From: an uncultured Lentisphaeraceae bacterium
GTDB lineage: Bacteria; Verrucomicrobiota; Kiritimatiellia; RFP12; DVOR01
Assembly: GCA_964478335.1 (NCBI GenBank)
Contig: CAYZIC010000003.1
Location: 1-63,331, forward strand
Reading direction: 5' to 3'
DNA: 63,331 nt
The position numbers were made by a program, and so were the translations under genes. The notes under the pieces were generated by a model, which was not told where the DNA came from, did no database searches, and saw only the letters and a program-made list of their open reading frames with translations. Below are positions 1-9,090 of the stretch, one piece after another; position 1 is the stretch's first letter; every line of letters begins with the position of its first letter.

Positions 1-68
1 ATTTCCTCTCTTCTTTAGTGTATAGTAATGGCGTTGATAAAAAGAATTTATTGAGTGAGGATTATGCT

Positions 69-584
69 ATGAAATTAATGCCTATTTTACTCGTTTCTAC
101 ACTACTCTCGTGTGTGGGCTGCTTGTCCTTTTTTAAGGATGCGCATGTAGTGCTACGTTATGAAAACACGTTAGACAATTACTGCCAGGCTATTGGCCCG
201 GCAGTAACAGCAGATATGCTCTCGACCAATTCGGTGTCGGCACGTTTTATCGGTGTCGAGGAGCGAGGATGTCCAGGCTATCGGACGACGCTGTGTCCAG
301 AGAAATGCAAGCATGGTGGCAAGATGGCAATTTTTAAAATCTTGAAGTACAAGCACTATGAGAAGCTCAGTCAGTATGGGGATGAGCAACAGGATGAATT
401 GATCGTAAAGATCTCAGAGCTCAATGACAAGCCGACGATCGCAAAGGGGCTCTATTCCACGATCACCAGTTTGCGCCCAGGGTGTATGGTTGACCTCGAC
501 TGGAATCATATCTATGTTAAGACGCAACAAGCACACTACCCCGTCCGCTTCATCTCTTTTTTGGCCCTATCTACGAAGCAATAA
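69..584 (+). CDS. hypothetical lipoprotein-like secreted protein
   Basis: ORF 18..584. The internal ATG at 69 gives MKLMPILLVSTLLSC-VGC, a hydrophobic signal ending in a lipobox-like Cys. The protein is Cys-rich and no family was recognised. It lies 3 nt upstream of gspF. Confidence 0.45.
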   Translation: MKLMPILLVSTLLSCVGCLSFFKDAHVVLRYENTLDNYCQAIGPAVTADMLSTNSVSARFIGVEERGCPGYRTTLCPEKCKHGGKMAIFKILKYKHYEKLSQYGDEQQDELIVKISELNDKPTIAKGLYSTITSLRPGCMVDLDWNHIYVKTQQAHYPVRFISFLALSTKQ

Positions 585-587
585 TCT

Positions 588-1820
588 ATGGCACATTTCG
601 TTTATCGCGCAATCGACAAGCAAGGGGGGCGTCACGAAGGGCAAATCGAGGCGTCGGATCGTCGTGCAGTCATGTCTCAATTAGCGCAAAAAGGCCTTAC
701 GACGCTTTTTGTAAAGGAAAATAAAGAGACACTCGATGCCCCCAAAGTCTCATTCTGGCAATTAAACACAGCAAAAAAGGAACGCATGAAACCAGCGGAA
801 GTGTTACTTTTCACTTCCGAGTTAAGCGATCTGCTTGATGCAGGGATGACACTTGGAGCGGCGCTGAATTCCTTGGCCAATCAAGGCGATCCTGCGAGCG
901 GTCTCTGTGTGGTGGCAAGCGATTTGCGAGATCGTATTATGCGTGGTGAGAGCTTCTCTGATGCAGCAGATGCACACCCCAAGACCTTTCCATCGATCTA
1001 TGGCAATATGATTCGAGCGGGAGAGGCATCCGGAGCCATGGTGGAGGTTTTGCAGCGACTTGTCGAGCACTACGAGCGAGGTCAAAACATGAAGTCAAAA
1101 ATCATTGGTGCGCTCACCTATCCTGCGATTGTTTTGGGGTTTGGCGTAGTTGCAGTCATCTTTGCGATGGTCAAAATCGTGCCGCAATTCACAGCACTCT
1201 TTAAGGACATGGGCCAAACGCTCCCCCTCTCGACGCAAATTTTGATAGCCATCAGCGATGCCCTCATCAAATATGGGATTTTTTATGCGATTGCCGCAGT
1301 CGCCGCAATCTTAAGCCTCAAGCGCTACATCACAGGTAAGGGGCGCTATCAATGGGATCGCCTCAAGCTTAAGGCACCCTTGATCAAAGGGATTATTGCA
1401 GCAGGTTCATTTGCTAGCTTAGCCTACACACTGCAGACGCTCTTATCCAATGGGGTTAACGTCTTAAATGCCCTACGCATCGCCGAGGAAACTGCGGGCA
1501 ACGCCGTGATTAGCCAAGAGCTACGCCATGCCCGCGAACGCGTCACCGACGGCACAACCATTTCAGGCCCCTTGGCAGCGAGTGGCGTTTTCCCGCGGAT
1601 GATGACCGACATGATTGCTCTCGGCGAGCAAACAGGAGACCTCCCCTCAGCACTGGGGCACATTGGTAAGCGCTACGAATCGGACTTGGATCGCAACATC
1701 AAGATTTTTACGACAGCCCTTGAGCCCTTACTCATCATTACAGTGGCCATCATGGTTGGCTTTGTCGCGGTCAGTATTCTCTCAGCGGTCTTTAAGGCGA
1801 CAGCCTCAATGGGCGCATAA
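588..1820 (+). CDS. gspF: type II secretion / type IV pilus platform protein (GspF/PilC family)
   Basis: 410 aa. The N-terminus MAHFVYRAIDKQG..EGQIEA is typical of GspF. Two repeated cytoplasmic halves are each followed by TM segments. It is followed by pseudopilin genes. Confidence 0.85.
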   Translation: MAHFVYRAIDKQGGRHEGQIEASDRRAVMSQLAQKGLTTLFVKENKETLDAPKVSFWQLNTAKKERMKPAEVLLFTSELSDLLDAGMTLGAALNSLANQGDPASGLCVVASDLRDRIMRGESFSDAADAHPKTFPSIYGNMIRAGEASGAMVEVLQRLVEHYERGQNMKSKIIGALTYPAIVLGFGVVAVIFAMVKIVPQFTALFKDMGQTLPLSTQILIAISDALIKYGIFYAIAAVAAILSLKRYITGKGRYQWDRLKLKAPLIKGIIAAGSFASLAYTLQTLLSNGVNVLNALRIAEETAGNAVISQELRHARERVTDGTTISGPLAASGVFPRMMTDMIALGEQTGDLPSALGHIGKRYESDLDRNIKIFTTALEPLLIITVAIMVGFVAVSILSAVFKATASMGA

Positions 1821-1856
1821 ACCACGTTAATTATCAAACAAATAAGGAATCATCAT

Positions 1857-2234
1857 ATGAAACATCCCTCACGTAAACAAGGTTTCACCTTGATCGAACT
1901 ACTTCTCGTTGTTGCCATCATTGGCATTTTGGGCTCAATGGCCGTGATGCAATTAGGAGGCCAAGGCGAAAAGGCCTCAAAGACGACCACCTTGGCCAGT
2001 ATCGGCAGCATCGAAACAGCCGTACATGCTTTTGAGTTTGAAGCCCGTCGTTATCCCAAGAGCCTCGAAGAGCTCACCCGTGGTATCAATGACAATCCCC
2101 CCCTACTCAAAAAGGCCGCCCTCAATGACTCTTGGGGCATACCATTTGAATACAAGGTCAAAGGCAAGCAATTTGAGATCCGCTCGGCGGGGCCTGATAC
2201 GATCATGAATACCGAGGACGATTTGACGAACTAG
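1857..2234 (+). CDS. gspG: major pseudopilin GspG
   Basis: 125 aa with the prepilin cleavage/methylation motif KQGFTLIELLLVVAIIGIL. The C-terminus has the GspG-type D-W-G-x-PF-x-Y ... GPD ... EDD motif. An AGGA-type RBS lies upstream. Confidence 0.85.
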   Translation: MKHPSRKQGFTLIELLLVVAIIGILGSMAVMQLGGQGEKASKTTTLASIGSIETAVHAFEFEARRYPKSLEELTRGINDNPPLLKKAALNDSWGIPFEYKVKGKQFEIRSAGPDTIMNTEDDLTN

Positions 2235-2293
2235 TTGTAAGGTGGAGATGCCCCCTGCTCGCCTGCTCTATTGATAGGCTACCTATTACCACT

Positions 2294-3022
2294 ATGTTGC
2301 GCAAAGGCTTTACACTCATTGAATTACTCATCGTTATCGCCATTATGGGGATAGCGATGATGGTTGCAATGCCTAATTTTAGTGCAATCAACCACACGCA
2401 AGCAGCCGTTGCGGCGCAAGATGCGATTCAGCTCATGAAGTATGCCCGCAACATGGCGATCTTAAACCAAACGCCGATCGATGTGGAATTTGCCAGTGAT
2501 GGGACGTTACGCGTCTCTGCGCAGCAAATGCAAGCGGTGAATTCGATAGCCAACACCTCCGAAACAGGCAATGCGTCGACAGCCCAGGAGCTCCTCGAGC
2601 GAGATCAATCTGATGCGGGTGAGGATGAGCCCATAGACGCATTCTCCAAGCCATCGTCTTCACAAAAAGAAGGCGTTGTACTCAGTGCTCTTGATGAAAT
2701 CTCGATAGAGAAGCGTCATCGAGGTATAGCCTTTACCTTTGTTGACTACCTCGATGACTTTGATCAGATGCATCCGCGCAAAAAGCACACCTCTCGCTAC
2801 GCCTCAGCCAAGCGCTCCCCCCCAGATGGAGTCACCGATTTCGAGGTAGAGGCGAAGCTAACGGGCCATAAACGATCAGGCTCTGGCTTTAAAGTCTCTC
2901 TCAAGTCCAATGGCACCTGTCGGCCATTCTCCATCCGTATTCACGACCATGAGGGCGATGAGGGCGGTATCGTTATTCAATTTGACCTGCTTGCAACAGG
3001 AAAGGTCACAAATGATGACTAG
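2294..3022 (+). CDS. minor pseudopilin with a prepilin-type N-terminal methylation domain (GspH-like)
   Basis: N-terminus MLRKGFTLIELLIVIAIMGIAMM. The assignment rests on position after gspG; the rest of the protein is not recognisably conserved. Confidence 0.6.
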   Translation: MLRKGFTLIELLIVIAIMGIAMMVAMPNFSAINHTQAAVAAQDAIQLMKYARNMAILNQTPIDVEFASDGTLRVSAQQMQAVNSIANTSETGNASTAQELLERDQSDAGEDEPIDAFSKPSSSQKEGVVLSALDEISIEKRHRGIAFTFVDYLDDFDQMHPRKKHTSRYASAKRSPPDGVTDFEVEAKLTGHKRSGSGFKVSLKSNGTCRPFSIRIHDHEGDEGGIVIQFDLLATGKVTNDD

Positions 3023-3416
3023 TAATCAAGCTCGTCTCTCTTGCGGATTTACCCTACTCGAAGTGCTGATTGCGCTGATCATTCTCTCGCTGGGACTAAC
3101 TGGGCTATTTCGTAGCTTAAATAGTTGCATGAAGATGGTTGCGCTCTCAAAAGATCGACAAGACGTGATGTTTGTCTTTTCTCTTGGAGACATGAAGTAC
3201 CCCATCGGGCTTGTAGATAATATTGAGGAAGATGGCGCCGTCGACAAGGACTACACGCTCAAAGATGGCTATGCTTATGAGCGTCTCGTTGATGAAAAAG
3301 AGGATCCCGAAGAAGGCGTTGAAGAAGACCACCTCTATGTAGTACGTACCCGTGTCACGTGGAATAATGGCCGAGAAAGTGAGGAGATCGTCCGCTATGT
3401 TAGACAAGCAGACTAA
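3012..3416 (+). CDS. minor pseudopilin (GspI-like)
   Basis: ORF 2910..3416 trimmed to the ATG at 3012, giving MMTSNQARLSCGFTLLEVLIALIILSLGL, a prepilin-type leader plus hydrophobic helix. It overlaps the stop of the previous gene. Confidence 0.6.
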   Translation: MMTSNQARLSCGFTLLEVLIALIILSLGLTGLFRSLNSCMKMVALSKDRQDVMFVFSLGDMKYPIGLVDNIEEDGAVDKDYTLKDGYAYERLVDEKEDPEEGVEEDHLYVVRTRVTWNNGRESEEIVRYVRQAD

Positions 3417-4197
3417 TCGACATGGCTCACTGGGGTTCACTCTGCTCGAGCTTTTACTAGCGATGATGATCCTGGCGGGAATCACGACCTTGACCTTTGT
3501 GTCGTTTCATGCGGTTAATCAAGCATGGAAAACGGGACGTAGCGTGATCAATGCCACAAGCCACGCCGACTACATCATGGATCAGCTCTCATCTGCGCTT
3601 CGCTCAGCGTACACACCAGGCATGGGCGACAAACATGGTTTTGAATTTGAGGATGATGGAGATGGCGCAAGTGCGAGAGATCAGATTTCGTGGAGTAAGA
3701 TTGGGCATGCTTTAATTGGTGATGACACAGACTTTGCAGGTGTCCCCCATCGGGTGGAAGTCTCGATTACCGATCCAGACCAAAGCCATCATGTAGTGGG
3801 TGGTTTTACCATCAAATCCTGGCGGCAAGACCTCCAGACGGATGAATTTAACCCCGAAGACAACGTTCAAGCAATCTACCTCTCCCCCGAAGTCATGGGC
3901 TTAAACTGCCGAATGCTCGACCCCACCTCAGCTAAAACCGAGGGGGAGCCCAACTGGCTAGATGCGTGGGAAAAGACCGACATTATCCCCTCAGCTGTCG
4001 AGGTGACGCTCTATCTCAAACCACCAGAAGGCAATGACGAGCCAATCGAGATTCAACGCATCATCGAGATTCCCATTGCCACGCTCTCTCAAAATCCAGA
4101 CCTCAAGAGCAAGGATAAAGCAAGCTCTCACTCAAAGCGTCCAGGTGGAGGCAACCGTCCAGGCTGGGGGGGCACTGGTGGTGGACTTCGTCCCTAA
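3397..4197 (+). CDS. minor pseudopilin (GspJ-like) with a Gly-rich tail
   Basis: ORF 3352..4197 trimmed to the ATG at 3397, giving MLDKQTNRHGSLGFTLLELLLAMMILAGI. The C-terminal tail is GGGNRPGWGGTGGGLRP. Confidence 0.55.
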   Translation: MLDKQTNRHGSLGFTLLELLLAMMILAGITTLTFVSFHAVNQAWKTGRSVINATSHADYIMDQLSSALRSAYTPGMGDKHGFEFEDDGDGASARDQISWSKIGHALIGDDTDFAGVPHRVEVSITDPDQSHHVVGGFTIKSWRQDLQTDEFNPEDNVQAIYLSPEVMGLNCRMLDPTSAKTEGEPNWLDAWEKTDIIPSAVEVTLYLKPPEGNDEPIEIQRIIEIPIATLSQNPDLKSKDKASSHSKRPGGGNRPGWGGTGGGLRP

Positions 4198-4242
4198 CGG
4201 CTCTCCTTTACCCTTAATCCCAACCTTTTCCGGGGCTCATTG

Positions 4243-4749
4243 ATGCAGATACAACAGACCACGCAATCACTTTTTGCAAAAAAATCCTTTCCCATTGCAA
4301 ACAAATGGATCTATACAGCAGCGATTGCAATAGATATTTTAGTGCTTGTCTTGTCGAATGACATTTTGGGTCATATTCGTCTACCGGGTGAAGCGATACA
4401 AGATCCTGATTCGATCGTTCAAAATGCTTCCTGGTGGGAGCAAACGACTCAATCTCGATGCATCCGCACGACAGAAGTCAAACTTCTGACCCTGTCTGAG
4501 CTGATAGCCCTCTACCATGATGTGACAGGTGCTCTACCTCAATCGCTCAATGGACTCCGTGGGTCGCTAGGTCTCACCAATGGTGATATCGAGGACTGCT
4601 GGCAGGAGCCCTTTGCCTACTATACGAGTCAAATCGGTTACGTGATTCTGTCGCGTGGTCCTGATCAATCTTTAGGTACGCGTGATGACATCTGGCGTAT
4701 CGTCCCCATCAATCAGCTTAACTGGATAAAGGAATCTCAAACCAAATGA
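4243..4749 (+). CDS. membrane-anchored protein with a GspG-like C-terminal domain but no prepilin leader
   Basis: One N-terminal TM segment (WIYTAAIAIDILVLVL). The C-terminus CWQEPFAYY..VILSRGPDQSLGTRDD parallels gspG in this window (SWGIPFEYK..EIRSAGPDTIMNTEDD). There is no G-F-T-L-x-E motif. Confidence 0.45.
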   Translation: MQIQQTTQSLFAKKSFPIANKWIYTAAIAIDILVLVLSNDILGHIRLPGEAIQDPDSIVQNASWWEQTTQSRCIRTTEVKLLTLSELIALYHDVTGALPQSLNGLRGSLGLTNGDIEDCWQEPFAYYTSQIGYVILSRGPDQSLGTRDDIWRIVPINQLNWIKESQTK

Positions 4750-4907
4750 AAACGCATACCCTACTACTCATCCTACTCACCTCTGCACTTCTTTTAGCGG
4801 CAACACTCATCTATATTCATCATCTACAAGACGATATCAATCGACTGGAGGGAAAAACGACCTCAGTGCACGGGTGGATGACTGGCATCAATCCATCTTG
4901 CTGTTAG
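4746..4907 (+). CDS. small single-pass membrane protein (53 aa), possibly translationally coupled
   Basis: Not in the ORF track (under 60 aa). The ATG at 4746 overlaps the upstream TGA (ATGA). The product MKTHTLLLILLTSALLLAATLIYI..., ending CC, has one clear TM helix. Confidence 0.3.
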   Translation: MKTHTLLLILLTSALLLAATLIYIHHLQDDINRLEGKTTSVHGWMTGINPSCC

Positions 4908-4948
4908 GGGCGACACATTCGACCTTTGTGAATAGCAACGCCCTACAT

Positions 4949-5593
4949 TTATAAATGCCAAGAGCTCAGGTCATCTAGGATGATGTCTGCGGCGCAAAGA
5001 TCCTGACTGGGAGCAGAGGGATTGCGATAGGCAATGGTGTAGATACCCGCAGCATGGGCGGATTGTGTGCCGACTTGCGAATCCTCAAATGCGATGCATT
5101 GCGCAGGATCTGCACCTAGGCCTGCGACAGCTTTAAGGTAACTCTCAGGGTGCGGTTTACCTTGGACGACATCGTCAGCAGAGACGATTAGCTTGACTTG
5201 ATCAAGGAGACCGATCTTACACAGCGTACGCGTGATCATCGCTCGCGGAGAGCCCGAGACGACCGCCATTGTCCAACCTTCGCTAGCTAAGCGCTTAAAG
5301 AGTGTAACAGATCCTGGTATCACGGGTACTTGCCTGTCAAAGAGGCGCGCAAAGTAGCTACTTAATAGCACACCGATGCGTTCGGCGGACTCATCAAGAA
5401 AAGCATTTGGCCATTTGTCTTGCATTTTAGCAAAGACATCTTCCCAAGCGAGGCCATAGGAGAAGCTTAGGCAATTGGCCGCAGAGAAACGAATGTTGCG
5501 ATCTTCTAGGAGTAGGCATTGAGCCTCAGCCCAGAGCTTTTCACTATCCACGAGAGTCCCATCCATATCAAATAGAGCGATAGATTTATCCAC
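4949..5593 (-). CDS. HAD-superfamily hydrolase (beta-phosphoglucomutase-like subfamily IA)
   Basis: Motif I is FDMDGTLVDSE, followed by ..VVSGS.. and a late ..FEDS..G motif. GTG start with a GAGGTG RBS. Confidence 0.8.
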   Translation of the reverse strand: MDKSIALFDMDGTLVDSEKLWAEAQCLLLEDRNIRFSAANCLSFSYGLAWEDVFAKMQDKWPNAFLDESAERIGVLLSSYFARLFDRQVPVIPGSVTLFKRLASEGWTMAVVSGSPRAMITRTLCKIGLLDQVKLIVSADDVVQGKPHPESYLKAVAGLGADPAQCIAFEDSQVGTQSAHAAGIYTIAYRNPSAPSQDLCAADIILDDLSSWHL

Positions 5594-5658
5594 GATTCAC
5601 CTCATTAACAGGGTACAAAAAAGCCCCTACTCGATTATTCAAGTAAGGGCTTTTGGGC

Positions 5659-6153
5659 TTATTTACCGCAGCACTTCTTGTACTTTTTACAAGAACCGCA
5701 TGGGCAGGGGTCATTGCGACCGACTTTGGGCTCTTCGCGGCGGATAGGCTCTGGATTCACAATGAAGCCATCAATGAAGCGCCATTCGCCGTTGACCTTC
5801 TTAAAAGTCGCTTGCTCGTGGTGCTCAAACTCTTTATCTTGCACGCTGTAAAGGGCGACGAATTCGACGATGCCGTCTTCGTCAGCAGCAGTACCGGCCT
5901 CAGTTGCGACGATTTCCATACCCAACCAGGTTGCTGATTTAGACCAAGTGCGAGAGCTCTCTTCATCGAAGTCCTTTTGAACGGCTTCACCAGATGTTTT
6001 GAAGAGGTAATCGATATCCCCCTCAGCGTAGGCAGAGTAGCGAGAACGCATGAGAGCCTCCGCGGTTGGGGCGATCTTCTCACCTGAGAGGTAGGGTTTG
6101 CAACAGTCTGCATAGGGCAAGCCAGAGCAGCAAGGGCAGAGTTTAGCTTCCAT
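5659..6153 (-). CDS. ychJ: YchJ-family protein (SEC-C metal-binding motifs at both ends)
   Basis: N-terminal [13 protein letters not shown] and C-terminal [15 protein letters not shown] flank an NTF2-like core, the UPF0225 architecture. Confidence 0.7.
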   Translation of the reverse strand: MEAKLCPCCSGLPYADCCKPYLSGEKIAPTAEALMRSRYSAYAEGDIDYLFKTSGEAVQKDFDEESSRTWSKSATWLGMEIVATEAGTAADEDGIVEFVALYSVQDKEFEHHEQATFKKVNGEWRFIDGFIVNPEPIRREEPKVGRNDPCPCGSCKKYKKCCGK

Positions 6154-6177
6154 GAAAGAATCCTTTTCTAATTAGAA

Positions 6178-7197
6178 TTAACGCAATAAGCCGCGTTGGG
6201 CCAATGCTTCAGCGATTTGCACGGCGTTGAGGGCCGCACCTTTACGGATGTTGTCACCCGAGCACCACAGCGCAATACCATTTTGGACGCTAGGGTCAAT
6301 GCGGATACGGCCGATAGCCACATCATCTTGCCCTGCAGCATCCTTAGGCATCGGGTAGATCCCATTAGCGACATCGTCCGTGAGCACCACGCCAGGAGCA
6401 GCGGTAAAGACATCGCGCATTTCTGCGACAGAGAATGGACGCTCAAACTGAGCATGCACAGCGATTGAGTGAGCGTAAGCGACAGGGACGCGCACACAGG
6501 TGCAAGCGATCTGCAAATTGGGGTTCCCCAAGATCTTACGAGATTCGAAAGTCAGCTTGGCTTCTTCTGAGGTGAAGCCTGGCATTTCGTCCTTAAGACC
6601 GCCGATTTGAGGGATTACGTTGCAAGCGATTTGGTGAGCAAAAGCCTTGACTTGAGGCTCTTCGCCAGCAGCAACAGCCTTAATTTGGTCGTCTAATTCC
6701 ACAATTGCAGCACGGCCAGCACCGGAAACAGACTGAAAGGTCACCGCAGTCATGTGCTTCAAAGGATTCACCTTATTTAGCGCAGCAATACCCATTAGCG
6801 TAATGATCGTCGAGCAATTGGGGTTGGCGATAAAGCCTTGGTGATTGTCGAGTGCTTCGGCGTTAATTTCAGGAATAACGAGAGGAACGGTCGGGTCCAT
6901 GCGGAAGTCGTCGCCATTGTCAATCACAATAGCACCCTTTTCGATAGCAATCTTTCCCCACATTTTAGACGCGCCCTTGGAACCTTCTGTTCCGGCGAAA
7001 AGAACCACATCGAGGCCTTCGAAAGCTTCGGGGGTCGTTTCAAGCACATGGAATGTTTCGCCAGCAATTTCTTCATCGCGCTCACGTGTAGCCAATACAC
7101 GAATTTCAGATGCGGGGAAGTTGCGTTGACGAAGGATCTTGATCATTTCGGTACCGACTGCACCGATACCAACGAGACCGACTTTATACTGCTTCAT
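6178..7197 (-). CDS. asd: aspartate-semialdehyde dehydrogenase
   Basis: 339 aa with the NAD-binding motif VGLVGIGAVGTEM, an active-site region IANPNCSTI, and a conserved C-terminus ..GDNIRKGAALNAVQIAE. Confidence 0.93.
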   Translation of the reverse strand: MKQYKVGLVGIGAVGTEMIKILRQRNFPASEIRVLATRERDEEIAGETFHVLETTPEAFEGLDVVLFAGTEGSKGASKMWGKIAIEKGAIVIDNGDDFRMDPTVPLVIPEINAEALDNHQGFIANPNCSTIITLMGIAALNKVNPLKHMTAVTFQSVSGAGRAAIVELDDQIKAVAAGEEPQVKAFAHQIACNVIPQIGGLKDEMPGFTSEEAKLTFESRKILGNPNLQIACTCVRVPVAYAHSIAVHAQFERPFSVAEMRDVFTAAPGVVLTDDVANGIYPMPKDAAGQDDVAIGRIRIDPSVQNGIALWCSGDNIRKGAALNAVQIAEALAQRGLLR

Positions 7198-7295
7198 TTA
7201 TTCTCTCCATGTATCTCAGAAAAGCTGAGATGAGGTGTAGCGTTTGTCTTGCTTCTTGAGTACACAATTGTGTACAAAAGGAAAAGATGGAGGAA

Positions 7296-7304
7296 ATAAT
7301 AGCA
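7296..7304 (-). promoter_or_regulatory. candidate extended -10 element (TGCTATTAT) for asd
   Basis: The minus strand reads TATGCTATTAT about 100 nt upstream of the asd ATG. The same TGnYATWRT motif recurs upstream of several genes in this window. Confidence 0.3.
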
Positions 7305-7356
7305 TAATTTGGCAAAAAAGAAAAGCACAAAGGCACACAAGTAGGGGAAAAAATGG

Positions 7357-7459
7357 GGCTCTTGTGCGATTTTAGTGGATTGAAATACAAAAGAGGGGAA
7401 ATGACAGCCCCTGTATCCTTCTAATTAATGGAGATGTCGTGTGCGTGAGAGCACCCAGC
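7357..7459 (+). repeat. roughly 100-nt dispersed element, copy 1 (shared with 46281..46378)
   Basis: Near-identical by eye to 46281..46378. It starts with the TIR-like head GGCTCTTGTGCGATTTTAGTGG and contains GCCCCTGTATCCTTCTAATTAATGGAGATG.CGTGTGCGTGAGAG. Confidence 0.75.
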
Positions 7460-7536
7460 CACACTGGCCGAGGCTCGCTCAAGCTCAAATGTCTCACTGT
7501 GCTAAATTTAACATAGTGAGATATTTGAAGATATCT

Positions 7537-7755
7537 GGCTCTTGTTTAATTTTAGTGGGTCGGAAATTAAAAGGTAGGAGCGTAGCGACTGTTCTTGGCG
7601 GCAAAGCCGAGGCACGGCTCCAAGCCGTAATCAGGCATCGCGCAGCGTCCTTTTGCGGCTAAAAATCTGGCAGTCCTACGCGCCCCCCAAAGACTCCGCA
7701 CGACTCGACAAAGCCACAAGCGCCCCGTTTTACCCATTAAAATCGTGCAAGAGCC
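7537..7755. mobile_element. MITE-like element (219 bp) with 23-bp terminal inverted repeats
   Basis: The left end GGCTCTTGTTTAATTTTAGTGGG (7537..7559) pairs with the right end CCCATTAAAATCGTGCAAGAGCC (7733..7755). The interior aligns with 32628..32856 and, inverted, with 18309..18420. No ORF. Confidence 0.7.
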
Positions 7756-7760
7756 TTTGC

Positions 7761-7783
7761 GGCTTTTGTGCGATTATCGTGAG
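7761..7783 (+). repeat. solo or degenerate copy of the 23-bp TIR
   Basis: GGCTTTTGTGCGATTATCGTGAG lies immediately after the right end of the MITE-like element. Confidence 0.5.
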
Positions 7784-7881
7784 TAATAAACCGAGCAAAG
7801 AGAAGAGCTAGAGATATAAACGTTTACATCTCCGTTTTTGCCACATTTAAGAGCTTGCGATCGGTTCTCGGCTATGGGTAG

Positions 7882-8598
7882 CTAATGGCTTACTCGTGGT
7901 GCGGAATCAGATAGTGCACGCAGATCACGAATAATTTGTGTAGCCAGGATAATGCCCATGGGACCAGTGACGCATAGGGTTGATCCTAGGGGTTGGCCAG
8001 GTACTTGTGGGGTGGCTGGCTCGACGCTGTAGGCGCAGGTAATACCGCGGGTGATACCATCAATGCGTAGCTGGCTACGCACTTGCTTGGCAAGGGGGCA
8101 CATGGTTGTTTTGGCAATGTCGGCGACCTTGATCTGAAGAGGATCGGTTTTGCGGGCTGCGCCCATAGATGAGTAGGTCGGGATCTTTACTCGAACACTT
8201 GCAGCAAGAAGGGCAACTTTTGCGGGGAGGTCGTCAATGGCATCAAGGAGGATGTCTGGGGCAATTTCGTCCAAAAGTGTTGCGCAGTTATCAGGGGTTA
8301 GACGAAGGGTCTTGATCTCGACGTGGGCATCGGGAGCAATACTCAGGATGCGGTCTTTTGCAACCTCAGTTTTGATCTGCCCCAAAGTGTCATGGGTGGC
8401 GTAGAGCTGGCGATTGATATTACTGATCTCAAAGTAATCTGAATCGATGAGGGTAAAATGACGGACGCCATTACGGACGAGCGTCTCAATGGCAAATGTG
8501 CCGACCGCACCGCATCCGCAAATCAGCACGTGAGCTACGGCAAAGCGATCAAGAGCTGCTTGACCAAAAAGGATTCGTGATCGGGTAAGTGTTGGCAT
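7882..8598 (-). CDS. tcdA: tRNA threonylcarbamoyladenosine dehydratase (ThiF/HesA-family E1-like)
   Basis: 238 aa with the Rossmann motif VLICGCGAVGTFAIETL, ..NINRQL.., and a size and layout typical of TcdA/CsdL. Confidence 0.7.
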   Translation of the reverse strand: MPTLTRSRILFGQAALDRFAVAHVLICGCGAVGTFAIETLVRNGVRHFTLIDSDYFEISNINRQLYATHDTLGQIKTEVAKDRILSIAPDAHVEIKTLRLTPDNCATLLDEIAPDILLDAIDDLPAKVALLAASVRVKIPTYSSMGAARKTDPLQIKVADIAKTTMCPLAKQVRSQLRIDGITRGITCAYSVEPATPQVPGQPLGSTLCVTGPMGIILATQIIRDLRALSDSAPRVSH

Positions 8599-8626
8599 CG
8601 TGGTGAGGACTTAGTTAGATGGCAGG

Positions 8627-9079
8627 CTACTGCTGATTGAGGTATCTATCAAGTGCACGGATGGCCCATTCGTAACCGGCCGCCCCAAACCCGAGGATTT
8701 GTCCAATACAAGGCGCGACAGTTAGGCTGATGTGGCGAAAGTCTTCTCTGCGGTGGACGTTGGAGAGGTGGACTTCGATGGCGGGCAGATCAATTGCAGC
8801 AAGGGCATCTCGTATGGCGACGCTGGTATGGGTGTAAGCAGCGGGGTTAATCACAATCCCCACAAATCCCTCTGTAGGAGCGAGGCCAATGCAATGGACT
8901 AATTCGCCCTCGATGTCACTCTGCTTAGCGATGAGGGTATAGCCGAGGCTTTGGGCGACGGCTTTGGCTTCACGCTCAATATCTGCCAGGGTGGTGGTGC
9001 CGTAAATGGTGGGCTCGCGGTGTCCGAGAAGGGCGAGATTGGGGCCATTGAGGAGGAGGATTTTAGGTGCAGATGTCAT
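8627..9079 (-). CDS. aroQ: type II 3-dehydroquinate dehydratase
   Basis: ORF 8627..9115 trimmed to the ATG at 9079, giving [27 protein letters not shown]. The ..[16 protein letters not shown].. and ..[12 protein letters not shown].. signatures are present. Confidence 0.9.
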   Translation of the reverse strand: MTSAPKILLLNGPNLALLGHREPTIYGTTTLADIEREAKAVAQSLGYTLIAKQSDIEGELVHCIGLAPTEGFVGIVINPAAYTHTSVAIRDALAAIDLPAIEVHLSNVHRREDFRHISLTVAPCIGQILGFGAAGYEWAIRALDRYLNQQ

Positions 9080-9090
9080 GCTGGATCTCC

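Noticed and set aside
7357-7783. Repeated 23-mers that might be mistaken for a small CRISPR array
   Set aside because: Spacing is irregular (180, 196 and 28 nt), one copy is inverted, and the 'spacers' are themselves repeated elsewhere in the window (32628.., 46281..). No cas genes are nearby. The pattern fits MITE terminal repeats, not CRISPR.
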